Assembly: GCA_965261525.1 (NCBI GenBank)
Contig: OZ253472.1
Coordinates: 3,596,488 to 3,660,487, forward strand
Source: Dehalococcoidia bacterium
GTDB lineage: Bacteria; Chloroflexota; Dehalococcoidia; Lucifugimonadales; UBA1123
Length of the DNA: 64,000 nucleotides
Reading direction: 5' to 3'
Shown: one piece after another, positions 35,916 to 44,602 of the stretch
How positions within the stretch are numbered: position 1 is the stretch's first letter
How the letters are laid out: the number at the start of each line of letters is the position of its first letter
The notes under the pieces: generated by a model
What the model saw: the letters and a program-made list of their open reading frames with translations, nothing else
The model's database searches: none
Told to the model about the DNA's origin: nothing
Position numbers and translations under genes: made by a program

Positions 35916-36128
35916 ATGAAATTCGTGATAACCTTGGAAGATGGCGAGGACGGTTTTGTAGTGGCCGGTTGTCCCGCTCTACCTGGATGCTACTCACAGG
36001 GCATTGACATGGAAGACGCCATCGCCAATATCTCCGAAGCCATTCAGGCATATACAGAGAGCATGAAAAAGCGCGGGGAGCCATTGCCGTCATACTCTGA
36101 ACTTCAGGAGATCGAGGTAAAGGTCTAG
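35916..36128 (+). CDS. hicB: HicB-family antitoxin
   Basis: MKFVITLEDGEDGFVVAGCPALPGCYSQGIDMEDAIANISEAIQAY. Confidence 0.75.
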   Translation: MKFVITLEDGEDGFVVAGCPALPGCYSQGIDMEDAIANISEAIQAYTESMKKRGEPLPSYSELQEIEVKV

Positions 36129-36129
36129 T

Positions 36130-36349
36130 ATGGCGCGCCTTCCGGTCATGTCCGGTTCTGATTTCGTCAGAGCCATGAGGCGCATCGGCTATATACATGA
36201 CCACGCTCGATGCAGTCATATGATCTGGATACACCCATCCAGACCCAAGTTGTCAGTTTCCAGGCATAGGCAACTTTGGTCGGGGACTGCTCAGGAGTCT
36301 CTTGCGGGAATAGGGCGTGTCGAGAGACGAGTTCGCAAGACTTATCTGA
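36130..36349 (+). pseudogene. hicA: HicA toxin gene, frameshifted with an in-frame TAG
   Basis: MARLPVMSGSDFVRAMRRIGYIHDHARCSHMIWIHPSRPKLSVSRH is in frame 1. The family-typical tail GNFGRGLLRSLLRE*GVSRDEFARLI is in the +1 frame, interrupted by TAG. Confidence 0.55.
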
Positions 36350-36421
36350 CAGGCAACAAAATGCCCTTCCCCCGCAGGAGTAGCGAGGGAAGGGCCGAAT
36401 GCAGGGTGAGAGTCTTCGCCC

Positions 36422-38623
36422 CTACTCCGAACTCTCGCCCTGTGGATCAGTCTGAGGTAGGTATCTGAAGAAGTACAGCCTGCCCGACGCGCCTATAAGG
36501 CTATTGTCATGTATAGGCATCGTGTCCGTAACAGGCTGGTTGTTCACTCTGACCGTATTGGGCAGCACACGTATCGAGACCATCGTTACGGTCTCCGAGC
36601 CGAACACGAACGACACTCCACCGAATCCGGGCAGGTCAAGTTCGTCTCCGTCAATCCTGCTGCGTTTCATAAAGTTGTCAATGGGCCTGCGGACGACCTC
36701 GGCGAGGTCCGCCAGCAATTCGCCTTCCTCGGTGTACATATAGCCGAACGGGGTGGGCCTTGTCATCCAGTACAGGATTACTCCCAGTATGGCTATTCCG
36801 ATTGCCGCCAGCGCGATTATGATAGCCGCAGTCGGGATTCGAGTCGCCGAGTCTTCTGGCTGCTCTGTCGGCGCGGGCGGCGGAGCCGCGGTCGGCGCGG
36901 GCTGTGCAGGCGGAGCGGTTGTTGGCGCGGGCGCCGGTGTAGGAGCCGGCGCTGGCGCAACCGGCGCGGGGACGGGCGTCGGGACCGGAATCGAAGACAC
37001 AACTATCGAATCGGTCGAATAGATATAGCGTCTGCCGGCGTACTCGATATCCAGCCCGAAGATCACCGTGGCCCGCGACTCGGATTGCGGCGTATAGTAA
37101 ATGTCGAAACCATACGCCTTGTCCACGGTGACTATTTCATGCGGTATCTTGGTTACTTCGCCCGCGGGCACCTCGTCATTGGTGTTTACAGACACTGCCA
37201 ACTCGTCCACCAGCACAGTATAAGGCTGGCCGTTGATGTTTACGAACACCGAGGCTACCTTCGCCGTAGCGCCGCTCTCCAGTTCGCCAACTATCTCGGG
37301 TGTCACCTCGATGGTTGGGAAACTCTGCGCTTCGAACTCCGCCAGTGAAATTATCGAGTGGCCAACATCGGGCCAGGACAGCCGGAGTTCAACCTCGTAT
37401 CTGCCTTCTGCGTTGACCGGAGGAAGCGTGAGCGAGAAATACCCGTCAAGCGGAATCGAGTCCCCTTCCAGACCCGCGTCATTCAATTCGTGAACGATAG
37501 TGTCTCCCGAAGGGGCTGTGATTCGCGCCGTAACCGTAGCGTCCGGCGAGACCGGTTCGACCAGTTCGCCCCTGTCTAGAACTGCGGCCACAATCAGGGT
37601 CTCGGGATGGTCAACCGGCACCGCGCCGAGGTCCTGAAGCTCTACCGTGTACCTGTTGATCGTGTGAAGACTGGCCGACACGACACCGCTGTTGCCGCGC
37701 ACCTCGGCTTTCCAGTTTCCCTGGACCGGGTCGGTCACTTGCCAGATAACCATATGTGGGAGCTCTATGACTGACGACGAGGTACGGTCTCCGTCCGAAG
37801 ACTCCATTCCGTCGGGATTGGTTATCCTGAACGAGGTTTCGGGGTTGTCTCTTACAAAGAGGATATTCGCCCAGCGTGTGCTCGGCACGATACTCAAGTC
37901 AACCTCGAACACCGGGTTGTCGGACAGATTCGCCCGCGCGATGTGAGAGAGCGCGCCCCTGCTCTCCATTCGCAGACTTCGGTCCACGAATTCTTCGATT
38001 CCGTCGGGTATCGAAAGCGTGAACGATTCTCCGCCGGTGTCTATGCTGATTGTGTTGAGGTCCGAGGCCAGCGCGTCGTTCGCGCCGGGAATTGTGACGC
38101 TATATACGCTCCAGCCCTTCTCAATTATGGGATCCAGGGCAGAGTCAATCTCGGATGATACCTGCTCTGAACTCGTGTAATCGGGACTGGCGGATACCAG
38201 ATATATGCTTCCTTCCTCGCGCACGTGTACCGAGGTCATATAATCGTATATCCTCGTTAGTGAGGAGGAGAGGTCAACCGGCGCGGACGCGGAACCCGAT
38301 CCGACCGCGGCGCTCACCTGAGATTGCAGTTCCGCGAATCCGTCGGTGTCAGTGTTGAGAGGCCCGTAGATTTTGCTCGTATCGTCCGTAAACACTAATG
38401 CAACCGGCTCGCCTTCTTTCAGATTGACGAGCAACCCGAGAAAGGTCTTGACCAGTTGATCGTTCGCATCGCCCGAGGAGATCGAATAGCGGTCTATCGC
38501 AACAACGGTCAGCCTGTCGAAAATCTGCTGCGCTTTGACTGCCTGCGCGGTTGCGCCCAGCCCCAGCAGGATTACGACTGCCAGTAAGGTTAATATCAGT
38601 GGCTTTCTCATTGACTCTCTCAT
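36422..38623 (-). CDS. Large single-pass membrane protein
   Basis: The domain order is: signal peptide, a vWA-like N-domain, Ig-like beta domains, a Pro/Ala/Thr linker, a TM helix, and a small cytoplasmic beta domain. Supporting sequence: signal peptide ...GLGATAQA; VVAIDRYSISSGD...ALVFTDD...IYLVSASPDY (vWA-like, with a non-canonical MIDAS motif); PVPTPVPAPVAPAPAPTPAPAPT linker; TM IPTAAIIIALAAIGIAILGVILYW; C-terminal ...VRVNNQPV...LIGASGRLYFFRY (FHA-like, weak). Confidence 0.55.
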   Translation of the reverse strand: MRESMRKPLILTLLAVVILLGLGATAQAVKAQQIFDRLTVVAIDRYSISSGDANDQLVKTFLGLLVNLKEGEPVALVFTDDTSKIYGPLNTDTDGFAELQSQVSAAVGSGSASAPVDLSSSLTRIYDYMTSVHVREEGSIYLVSASPDYTSSEQVSSEIDSALDPIIEKGWSVYSVTIPGANDALASDLNTISIDTGGESFTLSIPDGIEEFVDRSLRMESRGALSHIARANLSDNPVFEVDLSIVPSTRWANILFVRDNPETSFRITNPDGMESSDGDRTSSSVIELPHMVIWQVTDPVQGNWKAEVRGNSGVVSASLHTINRYTVELQDLGAVPVDHPETLIVAAVLDRGELVEPVSPDATVTARITAPSGDTIVHELNDAGLEGDSIPLDGYFSLTLPPVNAEGRYEVELRLSWPDVGHSIISLAEFEAQSFPTIEVTPEIVGELESGATAKVASVFVNINGQPYTVLVDELAVSVNTNDEVPAGEVTKIPHEIVTVDKAYGFDIYYTPQSESRATVIFGLDIEYAGRRYIYSTDSIVVSSIPVPTPVPAPVAPAPAPTPAPAPTTAPPAQPAPTAAPPPAPTEQPEDSATRIPTAAIIIALAAIGIAILGVILYWMTRPTPFGYMYTEEGELLADLAEVVRRPIDNFMKRSRIDGDELDLPGFGGVSFVFGSETVTMVSIRVLPNTVRVNNQPVTDTMPIHDNSLIGASGRLYFFRYLPQTDPQGESSE

Positions 38624-38675
38624 TTCGCACTCGCCTTAGACTAAACGGTAAAGACATCTCCAATAGATAGTCAAT

Positions 38676-39032
38676 TTGAAATATGTTCAAGTTTTTCTTA
38701 AACAAGCGCCAAAGTCGTCTGTTATAGCCATCGCGCTCGCATTCGGGTCATACTGCGGAGGTGGCGGAGGAGGAACGGACACCTCTGAAGAAGTGTTCGA
38801 GGGGCTGATTACGAGTGTCGAGGCGAGGACGCTCCTCGACATCGAGTCAATAGAAGTTACGGACGATACGGGAGCGTCGCTGGAGTTTCACGCCGACGGA
38901 CGGCGATTTGCGGAATTTACCCCAAGCCACGTCAAGGAACATATGCTTCAGGGTCTCGGGGTGATAGTCACATATCGGAAATCGGATGACGGCGCCCTGC
39001 GCATCGTCGGTATCAGAGACCGGCCTCCCTAG
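38676..39032 (+). CDS. Hypothetical small secreted/lipoprotein-like protein
   Basis: TTG start, a hydrophobic N-terminus ending ...AFGSYCGGGGGG, and no recognisable domain. Confidence 0.35.
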   Translation: MKYVQVFLKQAPKSSVIAIALAFGSYCGGGGGGTDTSEEVFEGLITSVEARTLLDIESIEVTDDTGASLEFHADGRRFAEFTPSHVKEHMLQGLGVIVTYRKSDDGALRIVGIRDRPP

Positions 39033-39597
39033 CGGCCCTCGCTCTTCTGCTGGACATGAAGAGGTAGATGCTGCCGCCGACCAGAACTATCACGATGCCC
39101 AGAAACACCCAGCCACCCTCGAGCCCCGGCTCTATCGGGGCGGGCAGCACCACGATGGGCGCCCGAAAGTCCGCCCGGCCGGACGTCGGGCTGTCAACCT
39201 GTATGTGCAGAATCCAGTTGCCAGCTTCCTCGAACTTCATGTTGGCGCGATATACGGTCGGACTGTCCGGGCTATTCACCGCCACAACCTCGAAGACAGG
39301 CTCTTCCACCGCTTCCTCGGCGACTACAAGGATGCGCGCGTCGGCGACAGACTCGCCGGTGGCGGCGATTGTCGGCTTGAGCGCGATATTTACGTAGCCG
39401 ACCTGCGGAGCGGGAGGCAGCCACCTGACGGCAACCTCGTAGTCTCCGGCCGGCCGCCTGAAAAGCGGGTCGAAATCCTCGTCCGACTGCGCCCATGCGA
39501 CCGCTGCGGTCAGCGTCGCCAGCAGCAGACACAGGACGACCGTGAAGGCGGAGATTCTGAATAGTCGGGGCATTCTTTTGTGGATAGTATGTCTCAC
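39013..39597 (-). CDS. FixH/YtkA-like domain protein with a C-terminal TM anchor
   Basis: A signal peptide, a beta-sandwich-like segment (YEVAVRWLPPAPQVGYVNIALKP...WILHIQVDSP), and a TM helix WVFLGIVIVLVGGSIYLF. Confidence 0.45.
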   Translation of the reverse strand: MRHTIHKRMPRLFRISAFTVVLCLLLATLTAAVAWAQSDEDFDPLFRRPAGDYEVAVRWLPPAPQVGYVNIALKPTIAATGESVADARILVVAEEAVEEPVFEVVAVNSPDSPTVYRANMKFEEAGNWILHIQVDSPTSGRADFRAPIVVLPAPIEPGLEGGWVFLGIVIVLVGGSIYLFMSSRRARAAREAGL

Positions 39598-39602
39598 TTA
39601 TC

Positions 39603-39971
39603 CTACCTCAGCGTAGCTGCAACGGCGTCAAACGCATTGTCGAAGGTCTTGATCTCTCTAACATCCCGCCTGCGGCAACTTGCAAGGTGGCAAAGATCAC
39701 GAGGGTCCAGCATTTTTCTACGAGACTCACATATGACTTCCAGGTGTTCCTCCCATTCCGGCTCCAACGCAGGCCCTTCCAGCGTGTCGCGCATATCAAA
39801 GAATGCCTCAAGCTCTTCCGTAGAGTTGAACAGAGGAGACGGTTTTCGCTCTCCGAGACGCTCATAAGCGGCAAGCCTTAGCCATGCGCTTAGTGACAAT
39901 CCTTCACTCTGCGCCTGCTGGACAAAGCGGTCCCGATCCTCATCGGAAACTGTTATCTGGACTCTGGCCAT
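39603..39971 (-). CDS. Ribbon-helix-helix antitoxin fused to a remnant of a PIN (VapC) toxin
   Basis: MARVQITVSDEDRDRFVQQAQSEGLSLSAWLRLAAYERL (RHH)...EWEEHLEVICESRRK. It then reads MLDPRDL...LASCRRRDVREIKTFDNAFDAV, which resembles the first and last segments of a PIN domain with the middle deleted. Confidence 0.4.
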   Translation of the reverse strand: MARVQITVSDEDRDRFVQQAQSEGLSLSAWLRLAAYERLGERKPSPLFNSTEELEAFFDMRDTLEGPALEPEWEEHLEVICESRRKMLDPRDLCHLASCRRRDVREIKTFDNAFDAVAATLR

Positions 39972-40207
39972 TGTTCCTGCTGCTTCCTAATGGGCGATTG
40001 CAACTTCAAGAATGTCGAGCCAATTCTTCTCTGCTGAAATTGTAGCGCTCTCGACGTTGATGGGGTAAGTTCATGAGGTGATTGGGACTGCCGGACAGCG
40101 CCATCTGGTTCTGGGGCTCTCCCACAACCCAGTAGCCGCCGATTCCGGCCACAAGGTAAGTGTGTAGCCGGAGGATTCGGGCGCTCTCACACAAGCGTGA
40201 TAGGCCG

Positions 40208-40609
40208 TCACTCGATCCGGAAATGGGGATTCCATGCGATTTCCCAAAGATAGCCCTCCGGGTCGGCAAAGTAGCCTGAGTATCCGCCCCAGAACGTGTC
40301 CTCCGCTGGCTTGACCAGGGTGGCGCCGGCGGCCACGGCCACATCCAGCAGGGGATCTACCTCCTCCCGCGCGCGGACGTTATGAGCCAATGTGACGCCG
40401 GAAAAGCCGCTGCCCTCCGTGGGAACACCCGCGTCCGCAGCCAGCGCCTCCCGTGAGTACAGGGCCAACCAGGTTCCATGAATCTGGAAAAAGGCGATGG
40501 ACTCGGTGTTTTCGTCATAGAGGGGCAGCCCCAATCCATCCCTGTAAAACTCCACCGAGCGGGGCAAATCGGTAACGCCCAACGTGATAATGCTGATCCG
40601 CGGTTCCAT
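40208..40609 (-). CDS. VOC (glyoxalase/bleomycin-resistance) family protein
   Basis: ISIITLGVTDLPRSVEFYRDGLGL...WGGYSGYFADPEGYLWEIAWNPHF. Confidence 0.85.
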   Translation of the reverse strand: MEPRISIITLGVTDLPRSVEFYRDGLGLPLYDENTESIAFFQIHGTWLALYSREALAADAGVPTEGSGFSGVTLAHNVRAREEVDPLLDVAVAAGATLVKPAEDTFWGGYSGYFADPEGYLWEIAWNPHFRIE

Positions 40610-40653
40610 AGAAAATCCTCACTTGGCCTGGTGGGCGCTTACACACTCTGTCA

Positions 40654-41148
40654 TTACGGAGCGTCCAACCTTCTCTGAATGAACCACAATAAGTAGCCAT
40701 AATACTTGCGCTGCAACTCTTCTTTCATCCAGTCGTACCCTGTTATCACCTTCCGGCAGGTCGGAGCGCCGCAGTTGCACTCCATCCCATACGGCTCGTC
40801 TTCCGTCATAGCATAGTCGAACGTGAGCTCCTCGGCGGCGGCGATGTCACGCAGCGCGACGAAAGCGATCTGCCCCTGCAATCCGAGGTTGGGCTCGCGC
40901 GAGTGGTTGAGATGCATCATGCCTCCCCCGCGTTCCGACTGCGTGACCGGTCCGATGAACAGGTCCTCAGTCACCTGAATCTCAGCAGGGCCCAACCCGC
41001 GCCCGACCTCATCCCGCTGATCCCGCGTCATCACATAACCCCCCTTGACCACTACAACCTCACCCCTGGAGATAGACTCGCGCGCAAAAAGCCCGCGCCC
41101 TTCGATCCCGCTAACGCGCTTCTCAGTCTTCGGGGAGAAATAGGTCAT
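40654..41148 (-). CDS. SET-domain protein (putative lysine methyltransferase)
   Basis: GIEGRGLFARESISRGEVV...MMHLNHSREPN...EELTFDY...CNCGAPTCR (post-SET Cys cluster). The start is trimmed to MTYFSPK. Confidence 0.8.
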   Translation of the reverse strand: MTYFSPKTEKRVSGIEGRGLFARESISRGEVVVVKGGYVMTRDQRDEVGRGLGPAEIQVTEDLFIGPVTQSERGGGMMHLNHSREPNLGLQGQIAFVALRDIAAAEELTFDYAMTEDEPYGMECNCGAPTCRKVITGYDWMKEELQRKYYGYLLWFIQRRLDAP

Positions 41149-41278
41149 GTCCGCGGTTTCACATCCAGCGCTTCGTGTTGAACGCTCTAAGCCTGCACGT
41201 ACCACCTGGATACTTCGCTCTCTGCGGAGATCGTTTTTGAGCTGGGCAGTCACAACGCCAACCAAGATAGTGGAGTCT

Positions 41279-42010
41279 CTATTCACCCCGCAGGCGTCGA
41301 AGCTCCGCCTCTAGTTCGGCCACGCGCGCTTCGGCTTCCAGACGGCCCGCCTGCTGCTGCTCGGCGCGACTTTCGGCTTCCAGGCGGCCCGCCTGTTCCT
41401 CCTCATGGGTAGGGAGATAGCTCTCCGAAGCAGGGTCGTAGAACCTCAGGGTTCCCTCCTCCCAGCACACGTACAGTCCCAGCGCCTCGCTGTATCCACG
41501 GCAGCGACCTTTGTCCAGCCACTCCATTTCGATGCGTCGGTACTTCCCGTCGGCCAGGCTGTCTCCGGCCAATGCCTCGTCATGGTACTCACCGCCGCTC
41601 GGATCGAATCGCCAGTACTCCGGTATCCCGTAATGCTCGTAGTCCCCACGCTTGACCGTGTAGTCCCTCACGCCCGTGGTCCGCGACGCCACCTCCAGCG
41701 CGAAATCCGGCGGCTTGCCCTGGCGGTCTATCGCGTAACCGCCCAGATCATAGACGGCCCCAACGTCGCAGTCGAAAGCCACTATCAGGTCCGGTATCCG
41801 GTAGTCTTCCCATGTATCCAGAGTCGGAGCCACCGGGACCTCTCCATGCACAAGCGTCCTCTCCGGTTGGGCATAGTGGATGAGCAGGCTGGTCATGATC
41901 GAGCGTAGGTGTAGGTGGGAGGTGTTCTGCATATCTTCCCGGGGCGGAAAGTCGGGAAAGCGTTCGAGCTTGCCCTCTTCCTGTGTGAGCGTAATCGTCT
42001 TGCTGGTCAT
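41279..42010 (-). CDS. Uma2-family (DUF820) endonuclease with a coiled-coil tail, second paralog
   Basis: MTSKTITL...PDLIVA...PDFALEVAS...DYEHYGIPEYWRFDP, with the tail QAGRLEAE repeated. It has its own TATAAT (42063..42069, minus strand) and RBS. Confidence 0.75.
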   Translation of the reverse strand: MTSKTITLTQEEGKLERFPDFPPREDMQNTSHLHLRSIMTSLLIHYAQPERTLVHGEVPVAPTLDTWEDYRIPDLIVAFDCDVGAVYDLGGYAIDRQGKPPDFALEVASRTTGVRDYTVKRGDYEHYGIPEYWRFDPSGGEYHDEALAGDSLADGKYRRIEMEWLDKGRCRGYSEALGLYVCWEEGTLRFYDPASESYLPTHEEEQAGRLEAESRAEQQQAGRLEAEARVAELEAELRRLRGE

Positions 42011-42070
42011 CAGCGTTTTCCCCTGTTTGGCCGGGCGGCGCGCTAAGTTGTCTTGCGCTCGCATTATATC

Positions 42071-42092
42071 ACGGGGCGCCGCGGCGCCCCGT
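42071..42092. terminator. GC hairpin with a T-run at the upstream edge of the Uma2 cassette
   Basis: ACGGGGCGCC-GCGGCGCCCCGT followed by TTTTT on the plus strand. Confidence 0.4.
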
Positions 42093-42113
42093 TTTTGTCC
42101 ACTTGGATTCCAG

Positions 42114-42312
42114 GGTCCTCAGTCACCTGAATCTCAGCAGGCCCCAACCTGCGCCCGACCTCATCCCGCTGGGCGCGGTCATCACATAGCCGCCCTTGAC
42201 CACCACCTCCTCCCCCTCGGAGATAGACTCGCGCGCAAACAGCCCCCGTCCCTCGATCCCGCTAACGCGCTTCTCAGTTTTGGGGGAGAAGTAAGTCAGA
42301 TCCACGGTTTTG
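42114..42312 (-). pseudogene. Decayed duplicate of the first ~190 bp of the SET-domain gene
   Basis: Aligns with 40962..41160 (DLTYFSPKTEKRVSGIEGRGLFARESIS.GE.VVVKGGYVMT), then loses frame through small indels. Confidence 0.75.
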
Positions 42313-42370
42313 CGCCCAATGCTTCACGGCGAACGACCTCTGCCGACATGTCCCCTTCATACCTGCCGAG

Positions 42371-43165
42371 TCACTTGGTCGCCCTGATCGAGAACATCTG
42401 CGGGTACGACTCGTTGTGCTTCGTGAAGCGCCACCACCCGTCATCGCCCTGCTCCATCACGGGACGTATTGGATAGCTATTGAATGGGAATTCGTGAAGG
42501 AACTCGATTCGCAATCCAGCGGTCACCAACGCAGTCACGATTTCTCCCAGACTATGTTGCCACTCGTAGGTCGGGCTCTCGATCATCTGGGACCCTGCAT
42601 AGCTCGGCTCGTTGCCATCGAAGAATAGTTCGTTACGCAAGTATCCATATGTCGGTATCATGTCCCCCGAATCCGATTGCTCGAACACATCCGAGAACGG
42701 GTGAAACTCCACGATATAGAACGTGCCGCCGGGCTTGAGGCGCTTGACGATAACTTCGGCCCATCTGTCGAGGTCCGGTAGCCAGGTCAAGACGCCGTAC
42801 GACGTGAACACGATGTCGAATTGTTCGTCGAGCGCGTCCGGCAGATCGTAAACGTTGGCGCAGATGAATCGAGCTTCCAGCCCCAATTCCTCATTCAGCG
42901 ACCGCGCCAGTTCGATGGCGGCTTCGGAGAAGTCAACGCCCGTCGCCACCGCGTTCAGCCGCGACCAGGACATCGTATCCAGACCGAAATGACATTGGAG
43001 GTGAAGGAGCGTCTTGCCGGATACGTCGCCAACCTCCCGTCGTTCGATGTCGGTGAGCGTTATACGGCCCGCCTTGAACCCTTCCACATCATAGAAGTCT
43101 GACGCCGCATGGACTGGCGCGCGCTCGTTCCAGTTGTTTCGATTGACTTCGAGTCGCTTATCCAT
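42371..43165 (-). CDS. Class I SAM-dependent methyltransferase
   Basis: GKTLLHLQCHFGLDT (motif I region)...GVDFSEAAIELAR...FDIVFTSYGVLTWLPD. Confidence 0.8.
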   Translation of the reverse strand: MDKRLEVNRNNWNERAPVHAASDFYDVEGFKAGRITLTDIERREVGDVSGKTLLHLQCHFGLDTMSWSRLNAVATGVDFSEAAIELARSLNEELGLEARFICANVYDLPDALDEQFDIVFTSYGVLTWLPDLDRWAEVIVKRLKPGGTFYIVEFHPFSDVFEQSDSGDMIPTYGYLRNELFFDGNEPSYAGSQMIESPTYEWQHSLGEIVTALVTAGLRIEFLHEFPFNSYPIRPVMEQGDDGWWRFTKHNESYPQMFSIRATK

Positions 43166-43385
43166 GGATATGAAACCAGATCCGACGAGAGTCTAGGGAC
43201 ATCACAGTGGCGCGTGCGCCACGGCCAGTCAATACGCAAAACTGAACGTCAATGAGAGGATTCTTGATCTTGCGCAGTTTGGTGGGCCTAAGCGTACCAT
43301 ATTGCGAACTTTTCGCTGGGAGGTTGCGCTGTGACCTCAATCAGCCAACCTCCCGTCACCGTCCGGCGTGTATCGGCCGACGCTC

Positions 43386-44003
43386 CTACGGTTTGATGCT
43401 CAGGGTGAACGCCCCGCCGGAGCCTGCCGCTTCCGCCGTGTAGTCTCCGGGGGCCAGGGTCAGCGTGACGCTGTTGGAGCCGTCATGCGCCAGCTTGCCA
43501 TTGTTGCGCCGCGCGTTGACGCGATGCTCATAGGTGGCCCCGGGCGGCGTTCCCCAGCCGTTCTGCGGCGCGCCCTTCGACACGAACAGCGCCCCGCCCG
43601 ACTCCGACGTGAGGGTGACGCTCACCTCGGTCACCTCCGACAGTGTGAAGTGGAAGTACCTGGCGGAGCTGTCTTGGTGGTGGGCGCGGCAGTCCGCGTC
43701 GTCCCAGGCTCCGCTGAACTCCGCCGCCGCGGTGAGTTCGTTCAGGTCCGTGATGCAGGACGTGATCGGCGTCGGCTCCGGCTCAGGCGGCTGGCTGACG
43801 GCAATGGTCGTCTCGGCGCTGGCCGATAGTCCGCCCTCGTCGGTGACCGTCAGTCGGAAGGTCAGCTCCGTCTCCTCAGTCACGCCCGGGGCGGTGAAGC
43901 CGGCCGTGGCCGCGCCTGCGCCGGCGATGGACGCCGACGGCGTTCCTCCCACCTGGCTCCAGGCGAAGGTCAGGGACGCCGTCGTAAGCGCCCTCCGCCG
44001 CAA
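43386..44003 (-). pseudogene. Fragment of a secreted repeat protein (PKD-like plus pre-peptidase-C-terminal-like domains)
   Basis: LTFAWSQVGG...ELTFRLTVTDEGGLSASAETTIAV, then a PPC-like beta domain. There is no signal peptide, and upstream homology (AAEGAYDG) is in another frame. Confidence 0.45.
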
Positions 44004-44307
44004 GCTGGAGCGCAGGCGCGGTCCTGCCCATCTGCATATTCAACGAGCCGAGAGTGGGGTATAGGATGGCGGATGGGGAGCCGCCGGAGAGGCAATGACC
44101 GGGCTGAGCAGCGACTTTTGAGCCGCCGGCCAGCCTCTACATAAAGAAAAGTCCCCGCTGACACAGTGGGGGCTCGGCGTTCAACCTTTTCATCAAAGAC
44201 TCACCGTTCCATGTCCGGTGATTTCACCGGCAGCCGGGGCGGTGCGCCAAGCTGATTAAAGCGCCAAGGACTAACCGAATCACGAAGGTTCTTGATCTTG
44301 TACAGTT

Positions 44308-44382
<75 letters not shown>

Positions 44383-44602
44383 ACTGAGGGGTAGAACCTA
44401 GCCTAACCAAACCTCCAGAAAACTGTCAAGCGGATTCCCCGGGCGCGCTTTGCGCGATAAAGGCAGTTCCACCCGGAAATTAACGCATTACGCCCGCAAA
44501 ATTCGGTAGAGCTTAACGGGGTGGTGGATTGACCCCCTCCCATCGCCATGTTCTATACAACACACAACATATATGGTCTATAATCGAATGAGGAGATGGA
44601 TC

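Noticed and set aside
36753-37022. An Ala/Gly-rich 89-aa plus-strand ORF and apparent low-complexity repeats.
   Set aside because: It is the complement of the Pro/Ala/Thr stalk-coding region of the 733-aa gene.
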